A stretch of DNA of 64,000 nucleotides from an uncultured cyanobacterium (GTDB lineage Bacteria; Cyanobacteriota; Cyanobacteriia; Pseudanabaenales; Pseudanabaenaceae): NCBI GenBank assembly GCA_963703315.1, contig OY969811.1:1856001-1920000 (forward strand), read 5' to 3'. The notes below the pieces were generated by a model. The model did not search any database, was not told the origin of the DNA, and saw nothing but the letters and a program-made list of their open reading frames with translations. Positions 41,024 to 51,366 of the stretch are shown one piece after another. The position numbers and the translations under genes are program-made. Within the stretch, counting starts at the first letter, position 1; the number at the start of each line of letters is the position of its first letter.

Positions 41024-41932
41024 ATGACTTCTTATTCGTTTTCTACGGCTGAGCCAAATAAAATCAATCTCACGAAAAAACCAAAGCTTTTGGTAGTTGA
41101 TGATGAGCAAGACAACCTTGATCTGCTGTATCGCACATTTCGTCGTGAATTTACTGTATTTCGAGCAGATGGTGGTCTTAAGGCATTAGAAATTCTTGCC
41201 CAAGAGGGGGAGATGGCAGCAATTATCTCTGATCAGCGAATGCCTGAAATGAATGGGACAGAGTTTCTCAGTCGTACAGTGTCCGATTTCCCTGATACGA
41301 TGCGGATCGTGTTGACTGGCTATACAGATATTAATGATTTAATTGATGCGATTAATTCAGGGCAAGTCCATAAATATATTACAAAGCCTTGGGAGCCTGA
41401 TCAATTAAAGTCAGTTGTCTCAGAGGCAACCCAACTTTATGATTTATTGAAGCAACGTTCTGAGGAGTTAAGCCGATCGCAGGCTCAGAATGTTTTGTTG
41501 TCAGTAATTGTCGAAATTGCTCAAAAATCCAATCAACTAGCAGAATGTATATTGCCTTTAGCAAGTGCATTTTGGCAGAATTTTAGAGCCGATGGGGTGA
41601 TTTTACAGTTGGTGGAAAATGGGGCTTTGACTGACACTCAAGCAATATGTGGTGAAAGTATCTGGGATTTGGCGACAGATCCTTTAGTGGAAACGGCGAT
41701 CGCTTCGGGGAAATCTCAAATTTCGCTAGCACCTGCACCAACGGATCAAGATCAACAATTCAAAACAAATTTAGCGATCGCCATTACTTTTCGTGAGCAG
41801 GTATTAGGTATCTTGTCTCTGCGCTGGCGACAGGCAAATGCGGTGAGCATGGATGATGTTGCCGCACTTCAACAATGTGCCGATGAGGTGGCGATCGCTC
41901 TAACCTGTATACGTTACTATGCCCAACTTTGA
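41024..41932 (+). CDS. Response regulator (receiver plus GAF-like domain)
   Basis: LVVDDE, ISDQRMP, YITKPW; GAF-like C-terminus. Confidence 0.9.
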   Translation: MTSYSFSTAEPNKINLTKKPKLLVVDDEQDNLDLLYRTFRREFTVFRADGGLKALEILAQEGEMAAIISDQRMPEMNGTEFLSRTVSDFPDTMRIVLTGYTDINDLIDAINSGQVHKYITKPWEPDQLKSVVSEATQLYDLLKQRSEELSRSQAQNVLLSVIVEIAQKSNQLAECILPLASAFWQNFRADGVILQLVENGALTDTQAICGESIWDLATDPLVETAIASGKSQISLAPAPTDQDQQFKTNLAIAITFREQVLGILSLRWRQANAVSMDDVAALQQCADEVAIALTCIRYYAQL

Positions 41933-42392
41933 AGCATCTTTAAAAACCATTAGTCAGACCGTTGATGAGAAACTGCTGGCTTTGGCGATCGCGATCGCCC
42001 ACAAAGCTCATGAGGGGCAGTTTGATAAAGCGGGTAAGCCCTATATTGCCCATCCATTAACGGTAATGGCGCAGATGGATACGCTGGAAAGTAAGATTGT
42101 CGCAGTGTTACATGATGCGATCGAGGATTCTGATCTGACGATTACCGATCTCGTGCAGCAAGGATTTCCTGATTTTATTACGGAGGCGATCGCGGCAATT
42201 ACGAAGCTCGATGGTGAGATTTATGAAGATTATATTGCGCGAGTGAAGGCTAATGCGATCGCACTAAAAGTCAAGATTGCTGATGTGACGCATAACATGG
42301 ATCTCAGTCGCATTGCGAAACCCACAGCCAAAGATTTTCAGCGTTTAGAGAAATATCAAAAAGTTCTCCAAAAGTTACAACAAGCCCTGTAA
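41919..42392 (+). CDS. HD-domain protein (RelA/SpoT hydrolase-like, small alarmone hydrolase type)
   Basis: AHEGQ.DK.G.PYIAHP, VAVLHDAIED, VKIAD..HN. Confidence 0.85.
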   Translation: MPNFEASLKTISQTVDEKLLALAIAIAHKAHEGQFDKAGKPYIAHPLTVMAQMDTLESKIVAVLHDAIEDSDLTITDLVQQGFPDFITEAIAAITKLDGEIYEDYIARVKANAIALKVKIADVTHNMDLSRIAKPTAKDFQRLEKYQKVLQKLQQAL

Positions 42393-42508
42393 TACCAATT
42401 CACGAAAGTGTAACAACACTTTCGTGAATTAAAAACCAAACCCATCGCTTGTTATACCAAAACTAAAAATGGCTACGCCATTTTTAGTTTTGGTATAACA
42501 AGCGATGG
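42390..42508. mobile_element. 'ataccaattc'-family MITE with a 32-bp perfect hairpin extending beyond the element end
   Basis: Stem 42442-42473 / 42477-42508, loop tac. Confidence 0.8.
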
Positions 42509-42586
42509 AATCGTGATTGGCTTTTACTTTGCTAGCGATCGCCTTATGATATTTACGGATGAACATAAATACTGAAATCGCGGTTA

Positions 42587-43807
42587 ATGACTGCTCAAGA
42601 AATGTCCCAAACTACCCATAGTAAAACCCATAGCAAAAACGATAGGTCATGGAAGTTTTGGCAAGTAGTGCCACTTTATCCCTATGGTCAGAGACAGACA
42701 TTAAGACAAGAGGTAGTCAAAGACTCAGTTTGGACATTTGACCAGATTCAGGGAATTTTTTATGTAGTTGTGCCGATCCGAATGACAGTGGTGAAACTGG
42801 CGGTAGGGGGACTGCTCGTATATGCGCCTGTTGCCCCAACTCCTGAATGTATTCGGCTAGTCAATGAGCTTGTCGCTGAGCATGGAGAAGTTAAATACAT
42901 CATTTTACCAACGGTGTCAGGAATTGAGCATAAGGTGTTTGTAGGACCTTTTGCGCGGAAATTCCCTCAAGCTCAGGTTTATATCTCGCCACACCAATGG
43001 AGCTTTCCATTTAATTTACCTCTGAGTTGGCTAGGCTTACCTTGGGGACGCACCCATATTCTGCCCCAAGATGTGAACCAGACTCCCTTTGCCGATCAGT
43101 TTGACTATGCGATTTTAGGTTCCGTTGAGCTTGGTCTGGGTAGATTTGCAGAAGTAGCAATGCTGGATAAGCGATCGCAGACTCTTTTAGTCACCGATAC
43201 CATTGTTGCCATTCCTGAGCAGCCTCCCGAAATTTTGCAAATTGATCCCTATCCCTTGCTATTTCATGCTAGAGATAGTGCTACGGAACCGATCATCGAT
43301 ACTCCAACGAATCGAATTCGGGGCTGGCAACGCACTTCATTATTTTTATTCTATTTCCGTCCGCAGGTATTGGAAACAGTTCCATTTATACAGGCGATCG
43401 CCGATATTTTCAAAGCTCCAGAGCGATCGCGCAAAGCCTTTTTTGGGTTATTCCCTTTTAAATGGCGCGCAGACTGGTATCAATCCTTTGAGACTTTGCG
43501 TGGTAACGGTCGCATTTTTGTCGCTCCAATTCTGCAAACACTGATTCTCAACCGTGATCCTCAAGCCGCGATCGCATGGGCAGATAAAGTCGCCAGTTGG
43601 AATTTTGTGCGGATTATTCCTTGCCATTTTGATAATGCGATCGCTGCTACCCCCATTGAGTTTCGGCAAGCCTTTAGCTTTTTAGAAAAAGATTCTCAAT
43701 TTAAACCTGCTTTTAATCTACCTGAAGAAGATTTTGAAGTTCTCAAGCAAATTAATAACCTTTTGCAAGGCAATCGCATTATTGTCGAAGCAAAGGACAA
43801 AATCTAG
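42587..43807 (+). CDS. DUF4336 domain protein
   Basis: VVPLYPYGQR.T, PIRMTVVKL, EHK.FVGPFAR.FP, IIPCHF. Confidence 0.88.
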   Translation: MTAQEMSQTTHSKTHSKNDRSWKFWQVVPLYPYGQRQTLRQEVVKDSVWTFDQIQGIFYVVVPIRMTVVKLAVGGLLVYAPVAPTPECIRLVNELVAEHGEVKYIILPTVSGIEHKVFVGPFARKFPQAQVYISPHQWSFPFNLPLSWLGLPWGRTHILPQDVNQTPFADQFDYAILGSVELGLGRFAEVAMLDKRSQTLLVTDTIVAIPEQPPEILQIDPYPLLFHARDSATEPIIDTPTNRIRGWQRTSLFLFYFRPQVLETVPFIQAIADIFKAPERSRKAFFGLFPFKWRADWYQSFETLRGNGRIFVAPILQTLILNRDPQAAIAWADKVASWNFVRIIPCHFDNAIAATPIEFRQAFSFLEKDSQFKPAFNLPEEDFEVLKQINNLLQGNRIIVEAKDKI

Positions 43808-43841
43808 AATTAGCAATGCTTTGCATTGCTAATTCTAGATT
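43801..43841. terminator. Perfect 19-bp hairpin filling the gap between convergent genes
   Basis: aatctagaattagcaatgc-ttt-gcattgctaattctagatt. Confidence 0.8.
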
Positions 43842-44308
43842 CAGGCAATCAGCCAACAAGTAAGCGCCGCCGCGATCGCATCTGCCGCATCGTCAGGACG
43901 GGGAATTACATCAAGACTGAGTTCTCTCTTTACAGCTTCCTGCACATCACTTTTATCCGCATTACCATGTCCCGTTAATGCTTGCTTAATTTGTGGTGGA
44001 GAGAACTCAATCGGTTCAATATTGTGTTGATTGAGAACTAAGACAATCACCCCTCTAGCTTGAGCCACATTGACCAAGTTTCCCATCCGATAAAAGAATA
44101 GCTTTTCCATGCCCACCACTTGCGGTTGGAACTGCTCCATCAGCGTATGCATATCTTCATAAATAGTCTTGAGGCGATCGCCAATTGGTGTTTGCTTCGG
44201 CGTAACGATAGTGCCAAATTCCAATAGTTTTGGGGAGGCAGGTTTCTCAACCTCAATCAAGCCAAATCCGACAATTGCTAACCCTGGGTCAATTCCTAGA
44301 ATTTTCAT
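43841..44308 (-). CDS. ruvC: Holliday junction resolvase RuvC
   Basis: [26 protein letters not shown]; start reassigned to ATG 44308. Confidence 0.96.
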   Translation of the reverse strand: MKILGIDPGLAIVGFGLIEVEKPASPKLLEFGTIVTPKQTPIGDRLKTIYEDMHTLMEQFQPQVVGMEKLFFYRMGNLVNVAQARGVIVLVLNQHNIEPIEFSPPQIKQALTGHGNADKSDVQEAVKRELSLDVIPRPDDAADAIAAALTCWLIA

Positions 44309-44319
44309 GTGAGTGATCC

Positions 44320-44396
44320 TAGCACTCAATTGTCTACCCAAACCAAAAGAGAGTAGAGCCGCTACTCTCTTTTGGTTTGGGTGCAAAGCGCTGTAA
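44320..44396. repeat. MITE-like element with gcaaagcgctgta end
   Basis: acccaaaccaaaagagagtag...ctactctcttttggtttgggt. Confidence 0.72.
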
Positions 44397-44439
44397 CATT
44401 TCTTTTATAGAGATTTTTGTAGAGATTTAGGTGAATTCA

Positions 44440-45612
44440 ATGGCGATCACATTACCGAAAAAAATCATGCTGCTTGGTTCTGGTGAACTGGGTAAGGAGG
44501 TGGTGATTGCCGCGCAAAGACTCGGTAATACGGTAATTGCAGTGGATCGCTATGACAATGCCCCTGCGATGCAAGTAGCAGATCATCGAGAAGTGATCTC
44601 GATGTTGGATGGTGATGCCCTCGAAGCGGTAGTCAAAAAATATCAACCCGATCTAATCGTGCCAGAAGTGGAAGCAATCCGTACTGAGAAACTGCTGGAA
44701 CTAGAAGCACAGGGTTACACCGTCATTCCCACTGCCTCCGCCACCAACTTTACGATGAACCGCGATCGCATTCGCGATTTAGCCAGCCATGAATTGGGCT
44801 TACGCACCGCCAAATACGCCTACGCCACCAGCCTTGATGAACTGAAAACCGTTGCTGCCGAAATTGGTTTCCCAAATGTGATTAAACCCGTGATGTCTTC
44901 CTCTGGCAAGGGACAATCTGTTGTTAATTCTGCTGATGAACTGGAAACAGCGTGGAATTATGCGATCGCGGGCGGGCGTGGGGATACTGCCAAAATCATC
45001 ATTGAGGAATTTATCAATTTTGAAGTCGAAATTACTCTATTAACGATCCGTCAATGGCAAGGAGAGACTCTATTTTGTGAGGCGATCGGGCATCGTCAGG
45101 AACGAGGCGACTATCAAGAATCATGGCAACCTGTCGGCTTAACTCCTGCCCAAGTCAAGGATGCACAGGACATCGCTCGCAAAGTCACCGATAAACTCGG
45201 CGGCGCAGGTATTTTCGGCGTAGAATTTTTTATCACCAAAGACGAAGTAATTTTCTCGGAACTGTCCCCCCGTCCCCACGACACGGGCATGGTGACTCTC
45301 ATCTCCCAAAACCTCAACGAATTTGAACTCCATTTACGCGCAATTTTAGGTTTACCGATTCCCACGATTGAATTACTCAGTCCGTCCGCCAGTGCCGTTA
45401 TTCTTGCCAGCGAAACCAGCGAAAATATTTCCTTTATAGGTGTAGCGGAAGCCCTTGCGATTCCTAACACCGATCTGCGTTTATTTGGCAAACCCGATTC
45501 TCGCCCTTACCGCCGCATGGGTGTTGCTTTAGCCAAAGGAAAAGATGTCACCGAAGCTCGTCACAAGGCAACTGAAGCCGCTGCCAAAGTCAAAATTGTA
45601 GATTATCGCTAA
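44440..45612 (+). CDS. purT: Formate-dependent phosphoribosylglycinamide formyltransferase
   Basis: [39 protein letters not shown]. Confidence 0.97.
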   Translation: MAITLPKKIMLLGSGELGKEVVIAAQRLGNTVIAVDRYDNAPAMQVADHREVISMLDGDALEAVVKKYQPDLIVPEVEAIRTEKLLELEAQGYTVIPTASATNFTMNRDRIRDLASHELGLRTAKYAYATSLDELKTVAAEIGFPNVIKPVMSSSGKGQSVVNSADELETAWNYAIAGGRGDTAKIIIEEFINFEVEITLLTIRQWQGETLFCEAIGHRQERGDYQESWQPVGLTPAQVKDAQDIARKVTDKLGGAGIFGVEFFITKDEVIFSELSPRPHDTGMVTLISQNLNEFELHLRAILGLPIPTIELLSPSASAVILASETSENISFIGVAEALAIPNTDLRLFGKPDSRPYRRMGVALAKGKDVTEARHKATEAAAKVKIVDYR

Positions 45613-45623
45613 AGGAAAAACTG

Positions 45624-45692
45624 ATGACAAGACCTGCCATTCATGCTGGTGAAACCTTAGCAGATGAACTAGGAAGCAACCCCAACCTGTGA
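45624..45692 (+). pseudogene. N-terminal remnant of a HigA-type antitoxin
   Basis: AAAGGA then MTRPAIHAGETLADEL, truncated at a repeat. Confidence 0.65.
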
Positions 45693-45821
45693 TTTACAGC
45701 AGGTTTCGATCAAAAGAACCACAAGAAATTTTTTAAAAACGTTGCTTCGCAACGCTTTTAAAAAATTTCTTGGTTCGGGTTTGAGCGCAAAGCCCTGTAG
45801 GTGACAGGTTGGCGTAAGTCC
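45672..45821. mobile_element. Composite MITE: 101-bp cagc...ctg element (45697-45797) inside a hairpin-bearing gcgtaagtcc element
   Basis: TA at 45695-6 and 45798-9; host stem ccaacctgt/acaggttgg split by the insert; right end matches IS701 TIR. Confidence 0.75.
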
Positions 45822-45827
45822 TATTAA

Positions 45828-46628
45828 CTATTGCCACATCCAGAGAGGCATCCCACTAGTTTCTGCTTCAAACTGGAAACGGGCGATCGCACTCTCTGAA
45901 CCACTGGGTAAAAATTTACTAACAAAGGTTTTAGGTGGCTTGATCGTAAATACTTTTGTGTTTTTAGGATCAAGTCCTGCTAGCTCTGAAGCCCAGATTC
46001 GCGCATCTTCTTCTGTGCCGAGGCGATCGACTAGACCAAGCTCAAGAGCTTGTTCACCCGTAAACACTCGCCCATCGGCAAACGATCGCACCACATCGGG
46101 GCTAAGTTTGCGACCTTCGGCAACGGTTTGCACGAATTGGTGATAGCTGCTGTCGATCAAAGATTGGAGAATTACTCTTTCTTCGTCAGTGATTTCGCGA
46201 TCGAAGGAGAGAATATCTTTGTAAGTGCCAGATTTGATTACTTTAAAGGAAACACCGATTTTGTCGAGCAGTTTCTCAATATTATTACCGCGCAAAATTA
46301 CACCGATGCTGCCTGTAATTGTGCCAGGGTTAGAGACGATGTAATCTGCACCAACGCCGATATATACGCCACCACTTGCGGAAATATTGCCAAAACTAGC
46401 GACAACTTTGACTTTCTCCCTGATTCGCTTGAGGGCGGCGTAGATTTCTTGGGAGTCGCCAACGGTTCCCCCAGGGCTATCGATCCGAAGTAAGAGGGCA
46501 GGAAATTTTTGTTCTTCAACAAATTCAAGGGCTTCAAGAACGCGAGTTCTGGTACTTGACCCGATCGCCCCTGTAATTTCAATGCGTGCGATTTTTTTGC
46601 GAAATTTACGTTTGAGGAAGCCGAACAT
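45828..46628 (-). CDS. sppA: Signal peptide peptidase SppA (short form)
   Basis: LRIDSPGG, SASGGVY, TGSIGVI, KSG.YKD, ADGRVFTG.QA. Confidence 0.95.
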   Translation of the reverse strand: MFGFLKRKFRKKIARIEITGAIGSSTRTRVLEALEFVEEQKFPALLLRIDSPGGTVGDSQEIYAALKRIREKVKVVASFGNISASGGVYIGVGADYIVSNPGTITGSIGVILRGNNIEKLLDKIGVSFKVIKSGTYKDILSFDREITDEERVILQSLIDSSYHQFVQTVAEGRKLSPDVVRSFADGRVFTGEQALELGLVDRLGTEEDARIWASELAGLDPKNTKVFTIKPPKTFVSKFLPSGSESAIARFQFEAETSGMPLWMWQ

Positions 46629-46733
46629 TAAGTTATGGGTGGTGAGAATTGCTAAAAGGATCTATGGAAAGGAGCTATGAAAAGCGGTATTCTGATTATA
46701 TCAGCTAAATATTTCGTAATATATAAACCGCAA

Positions 46734-48086
46734 ATGCACGAGACTGACTTTCGTAGCAGCCTTCAGTCAGGAGGCGATCGCCGTAGACTCAAGACGATCA
46801 TTGTTTTAATCATTGTTTATGGATTGACAATTGGTTTGCATTTTGCTCCCTGGGGGCGTTGGGTACTACTCGGATTGTTTGGTATCCATGCTTTGCGGTT
46901 GATTTTTGCACCTCCTCTTCCTGCGATCGCCCCAATATCAGAATCATCGCAATTAACTGATGCAAATCAAGAATTACCATTTTTCTCTTTACTAGCTTCG
47001 GCAAAAAATGAAGAGGCAGTAATTGGCAATTTAGTTAAAAATCTCTGTCAAATTGACTATCCTAGCGATCGCTTTGAAGTCTGGATTGTTGATGACAATA
47101 GTAGCGATCGCACTTCCGATGTGCTGAATCTGCTCAAACAAAAGTATCCTCAATTAAAAACCTTACGACGTGGTGATGAGGCTCAGGGTGGTAAATCTGG
47201 CGCATTAAATCAAGTTTTAGCTTTAACTAAGGGCGACATTATTGGCGTGTTTGATGCGGATGCTCAAGTTCCTAAGGATGTGTTGCGATCGCTTGTGCCA
47301 GTATTCCAACAGTCCAAAATTGGGGCAGTACAATTACGCAAGGCGATCGCTAATGCCACCGATAACTGGTGGACAGCAGGACAATCGGCAGAAATGGCTC
47401 TCGATTTGTGTTTGCAAGATTTACGAGTGCGGGTCGGTGGTGTGGGCGAATTACGCGGCAATGGTCAATTTGTCCGCCGTACTGCCCTCGATGATTGCGG
47501 TGGCTGGAATGAGCAAACGATTACCGACGATCTTGACTTGACCATCCGTTTACATTTAACTGAATGGGATATTGCCTGTTTAAATTTCCCCGCAGTTCAA
47601 GAAGAAGGAGTCTTAACCTTTAAGCAACTATGGCATCAGCGCAATCGCTGGGCAGAAGGAGGATTTCAGCGCTATCTCGACTATTGGAACCTATTGCTAA
47701 GTGGCAAAATGGGTTTCGCAAAAACCTTCGATGCATCCTTGTTTTACATCAACCAGTATTTACTAACAGTTGCCTTTATTCCCGACACGATCGCGGCGAT
47801 CGCCTTGCGGCATAGTCCAATGTTACCGCCGATTGTGGGATTTGCCCTTGCCCTGAGTTCTTTAACAATGGCTTGGGGAATTAGACGCTCCTATCAAGTG
47901 TTATGGAGTCAAGCGATCGGGCAAACCATTTCGGGAATGATCTATATGCTGCATTGGATTCCTGTAATTGCCAGTGTCACCCTACGGATGTGTATCTTTC
48001 CTAAACGTCTAAAATGGGTGAAGACACAGCATCAAGGTGCTGGTGATAATCTTTTAGAAGAGATAGAACTTCAAGAGATTGCTTAG
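46734..48086 (+). CDS. GT2 glycosyltransferase, probably monoglucosyldiacylglycerol synthase (MgdA-like)
   Basis: AKNEE, DDNSSD, GGKSGALN, FDAD, GELRGNGQF, TDDLD, QRNRWAEGG; start uncertain. Confidence 0.85.
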   Translation: MHETDFRSSLQSGGDRRRLKTIIVLIIVYGLTIGLHFAPWGRWVLLGLFGIHALRLIFAPPLPAIAPISESSQLTDANQELPFFSLLASAKNEEAVIGNLVKNLCQIDYPSDRFEVWIVDDNSSDRTSDVLNLLKQKYPQLKTLRRGDEAQGGKSGALNQVLALTKGDIIGVFDADAQVPKDVLRSLVPVFQQSKIGAVQLRKAIANATDNWWTAGQSAEMALDLCLQDLRVRVGGVGELRGNGQFVRRTALDDCGGWNEQTITDDLDLTIRLHLTEWDIACLNFPAVQEEGVLTFKQLWHQRNRWAEGGFQRYLDYWNLLLSGKMGFAKTFDASLFYINQYLLTVAFIPDTIAAIALRHSPMLPPIVGFALALSSLTMAWGIRRSYQVLWSQAIGQTISGMIYMLHWIPVIASVTLRMCIFPKRLKWVKTQHQGAGDNLLEEIELQEIA

Positions 48087-48097
48087 AATTTATTGGG

Positions 48098-48132
48098 TGA
48101 GGATGGTCGTCGCGAAGCGACGACCATCCTCA
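48098..48132. repeat. REP-like GCGAAGC hairpin
   Basis: tgaggatggtcgtcgc-gaa-gcgacgaccatcctca. Confidence 0.78.
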
Positions 48133-48157
48133 TGTATTTAGCAGAAATTATAAAACT

Positions 48158-49324
48158 ATGCATGATTGGATTGTCATTGGTGCTGGCATCACAGGCATCT
48201 CGCTAAGTTACGAACTGCAAAAGGCAGGCTTTTCGGTATTGCTAATTGAGCAACATCAAAAGCTAGAGGGTGGCAGTAGCCTCGGCTATGGCGGTATTTC
48301 CTACTGGTCTGGCACAACCACGCTCACGCAACAACTTTGTCAAGAAGGAATTGCGCGTCAACGCCATTTGTCGGATGAGTTAGGGATAGATACCGAGTTT
48401 CGCGAAATTGATTTGTTATTGACGATAGAACCTGATGTCGATCCCCACTCAATTCTCTCGCAGTATGTTAATTGCGCGATCGCCCCAACTTTTTTAACTC
48501 CCCCAGAGTCTCATGAGCGTGAACCATTGCTCAATCCACAGGGGATTGGCGGAGCATTACTATTTCCCCATGCTCATATTAATCTCAATTCCTTTGCCAA
48601 AGCCCATAGCCAAGCTTTAGAAAGATTAGGCGGAAAAATTATTTATGCCAAAGTTGAGAAGTTATTGATTTCAGGCGATCGCGTGACAGGTGTAACCACT
48701 GAGCAGGGTGACTTCCATAGCGCTCAGGTTGTCGTTTGTGCAGGAGCCATGTCTCGCGCTCTTCTCAAAGCATCAGGGATTAATGCCCGAATCTACTATA
48801 CCCATGCGGAGGCGATCGATACGGAACCCGTTGATCTAGAACTACGCGCAATGGTAATGCCTGCGGATACAAAGCGTTATCAGCTAGAAGCGGCAACGAC
48901 AAATTCTGATCAAGACCAAATTTGGGACATTGCAGGACAGGAACTATTGCCTCCTTCCGTTGATGCTGGAGCAATTCAATTTGGCGATCGCTCGATTAGA
49001 TTTGGACAACTTAGCCGCGTGTTAACCGATCCCTACGCAGCGATCGATCCTATTCAAAGTGAAGCTGCTATTCGAGCAAACGTTAGTAAAATCCTGCCTA
49101 AAGTTGCCAAACTGAAGGGTAAATGGAGGCATTGCCTTGTTGCCTTTAGTAATGACAGCTTACCTCTCGTCGGTGCAGTTAGGGAATATGCCAATCTGCA
49201 TTTATTCTCAGGTTTTACAAGTCCGACAGTGTATGTACCACCCCTATCTCAAAGGTTTGCTGCCTACGCAAAAGGTAATCCCGACAACGTAATTCCTTTA
49301 CTATCTCCAAATCGGTTTATATAG
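48158..49324 (+). CDS. FAD-dependent oxidoreductase (DAO family)
   Basis: IVIGAGITG Rossmann motif, VVVCAG, FS.D.LPLVG. Confidence 0.9.
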   Translation: MHDWIVIGAGITGISLSYELQKAGFSVLLIEQHQKLEGGSSLGYGGISYWSGTTTLTQQLCQEGIARQRHLSDELGIDTEFREIDLLLTIEPDVDPHSILSQYVNCAIAPTFLTPPESHEREPLLNPQGIGGALLFPHAHINLNSFAKAHSQALERLGGKIIYAKVEKLLISGDRVTGVTTEQGDFHSAQVVVCAGAMSRALLKASGINARIYYTHAEAIDTEPVDLELRAMVMPADTKRYQLEAATTNSDQDQIWDIAGQELLPPSVDAGAIQFGDRSIRFGQLSRVLTDPYAAIDPIQSEAAIRANVSKILPKVAKLKGKWRHCLVAFSNDSLPLVGAVREYANLHLFSGFTSPTVYVPPLSQRFAAYAKGNPDNVIPLLSPNRFI

Positions 49325-49401
49325 CAAAAAGATGAGTGGCGGCGCTTCGCGCCGCCACTCATCTTCTGGTTTTATGTCATAAGCAAAACTTGCACTTCTA
49401 T
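49320..49401. repeat. tatagcaaa-family MITE supplying the stop codon of the upstream gene
   Basis: aagatgagtggcggcgc-ttc-gcgccgccactcatctt; tail is the reverse complement of the 25580/29641 leader. Confidence 0.75.
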
Positions 49402-49429
49402 ATGAAGATCTAGCTTTACCTAGTAACCA

Positions 49430-49470
49430 ACAAACCAATTAGCATCATGCGCTACATACTAAGCGATCGC
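49430..49470. repeat. Direct repeat D, copy 1
   Basis: acaaaccaattagcatcatgcgctacatactaagcgatcgc; copies at 53980-54020 and 56072-56106. Confidence 0.9.
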
Positions 49471-49645
49471 GTAATCTTCGATAATCGATTGGTTTCAATT
49501 TTCGCATCCTTTAGTAATTCATTCCAATTATCGGGAGGATTACCACTTTCGAGCATCTTTTGGAAAACTCGATATGCATCTGTGCTGCTTTCATAGGCGC
49601 GTTTATTACCCTCATCATTGACCCAAGCAAAAACAATAATTTTGT
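49471..49645 (-). pseudogene. 3' fragment of a YhaV toxin paralogue
   Basis: KIIVFAWVNDEGNKRAYESSTDAYRVFQKMLESGNPPDNWNELL; aligns with 54630-54805. Confidence 0.85.
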
Positions 49646-49654
49646 TTATTAGAG

Positions 49655-49945
49655 CAAAACATTCACCAGTAAAGCTAGACGTGCAAACAGATGTTGGTGA
49701 ATTAGTAGAAGATTATGATGATCCCAAAGAAAAAATCTTAGAAGATCTTCGTCAGTCTTTAGAAGATGCTAAAGCAGGTCGAGTTCACGATATTTCTGAA
49801 CTTTGGGATGGAATTGATGTCTAGTGAAGATCCCAAATTGAAGATTCAGTTTACAGATGTTTTTAAGCGTCAAGTTCGAGATTTAGCAAGGCGCTATAGA
49901 CGTATTAAATTAGATATTCAACCAGTTTTGGATCAACCTAGTTAA
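49655..49945 (+). pseudogene. Truncated antitoxin (to 49824) plus truncated RelE/HigB-like toxin (49817-49945)
   Basis: DDPKEKILEDLRQSL..AKAGRVH.ISELWDGIDV then MSSEDPKLKIQFTDVFKRQVRDLARRYRRIKLDIQPVLDQPS-stop. Confidence 0.75.
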
Positions 49946-50225
49946 GAAAGCTTGGAAAAAAGATCCTTTTTCTTTTATCGAGAAGTTCATTCCGATGTTC
50001 TTTAATACAAATCTTAAAGATACTGCAAATAAGGCAGGAAATTACTAAGATAAATTTCATCTTAAAACACAAGAACAATAAAGACGCTTAGTGTCTTTAT
50101 TGTTCTTGTGATCATAAATCGTAGGATTTTCTGTATTTTTTGTCTTGATTTGCTAAAATTATTGAAAGGAATGAAGAACTCCGCCTCAATCTGACAGGGT
50201 ATCAAATTCTTTTTTACTAAAATGT

Positions 50226-51366
50226 CTTAGTACAGGACAAAAAGTTGCAAAAGTAGAGAGGAAGGGGTTTTATAAAAGATAACTACATCATTCGTAAAAC
50301 CCCTATGAAAGAGATTAACCTATTCCGCGAAAAATTGCAGCAACATCTGCACTGGAATGCAGCAAGACTAGCTTTTGTGTCTATATTCTTAATCGCACTA
50401 ATGCGAGTAAAGACAGTAAATCTAGCGGAAATCGCCACAGGATTTAGCGGTAAAGCCAAAGTCGAATCGCACTATAAGAGATTACAGAGGTTTTTCCGAG
50501 ACTTTGAAGTGGACTATGAAAGCATCGCGCTCATGGTTGTAAAAGTAATGCAAATACCCGAACCATGGATAATTTCCATAGACCGCACCGATTGGAAATT
50601 CGGTAAGACAGTGTTTAACGTGCTGACACTGGGGGTAGTGCATCACGGTGTCGCCTTCCCCTTGGTATGGATAATGCTGGATAAAAAAGGTAATTCAAAC
50701 ACTCGTGAACGCTGTGAATTGTGGAATCGATTTCTAGAAATATTTGGAGACCGCAAAATCGACTTTTTGACCGCAGACCGAGAGTTTGTGGGTGAAGAAT
50801 GGTTTGATTATTTGCTGTGTGACCCATGTACCCCATTTAGAATCCGTATTCGCAAAAACACCTTGCTTGACGATGGGCAAAAAGAACTACGGGCTGATGT
50901 TTGTTTTCAAGATCTCCAAGTTGGTCAATTGAAAGTGTTGTCCAAACCCAGAAAAGTTTGGAACCATTGGCTTAGTATAGCCGCTATGCGTCTGAAGGAT
51001 GGCGAGTTGTTAATTGTCACTACCGCTCATGACCCTGATACTGCTATTTCTGACTATGCCAAGCGTTGGGCTATTGAAACTTTGTTCGGGTGTTTTAAAT
51101 CCCGTGGCTTTTGTTTGGAGTCCACTCATCTTCAAGATTCGGAGCGCCTCTCTAAACTTATTGCTTTGCTTACTCTGGCTTTATGTTGGGCTTTTTCTTC
51201 GGGGCTTTGGCTTGCTCAATTAAACCCTCTCAAGCCTAAAAAGCATGGTCGTCTACCTAAAAGCATTTTTCGCCTTGGTTTTGATTCCCTCCGTCACTTC
51301 ATCTTTGACCTTCACATCAATTTTGAAGCCTTCTTTAACTCCATTAAATTTTTGTCCTGTACTTAG
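50226..51366 (+). mobile_element. IS4-family insertion sequence, 1141 bp
   Basis: 18-bp TIRs CT(T/A)AGTACAGGACAAAAA; perfect 9-bp target duplication CTAAAATGT at 50217-50225 and 51367-51375. Confidence 0.95.
50305..51366 (+). CDS. IS4-family transposase
   Basis: IDRTDW, ADREF, Y..RW.IE..F...K (YREK signature). Confidence 0.93.
   Translation: MKEINLFREKLQQHLHWNAARLAFVSIFLIALMRVKTVNLAEIATGFSGKAKVESHYKRLQRFFRDFEVDYESIALMVVKVMQIPEPWIISIDRTDWKFGKTVFNVLTLGVVHHGVAFPLVWIMLDKKGNSNTRERCELWNRFLEIFGDRKIDFLTADREFVGEEWFDYLLCDPCTPFRIRIRKNTLLDDGQKELRADVCFQDLQVGQLKVLSKPRKVWNHWLSIAAMRLKDGELLIVTTAHDPDTAISDYAKRWAIETLFGCFKSRGFCLESTHLQDSERLSKLIALLTLALCWAFSSGLWLAQLNPLKPKKHGRLPKSIFRLGFDSLRHFIFDLHINFEAFFNSIKFLSCT

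Noticed and set aside
44309..44386. N-terminal extension of RuvC in the ORF track
   Set aside because: Extension is read from a repeat element; RuvC starts at MKILGIDPG
49618..49824. 68-aa ORF as an intact gene
   Set aside because: Its first codons are the antisense of the YhaV fragment; it is a chimera of remnants
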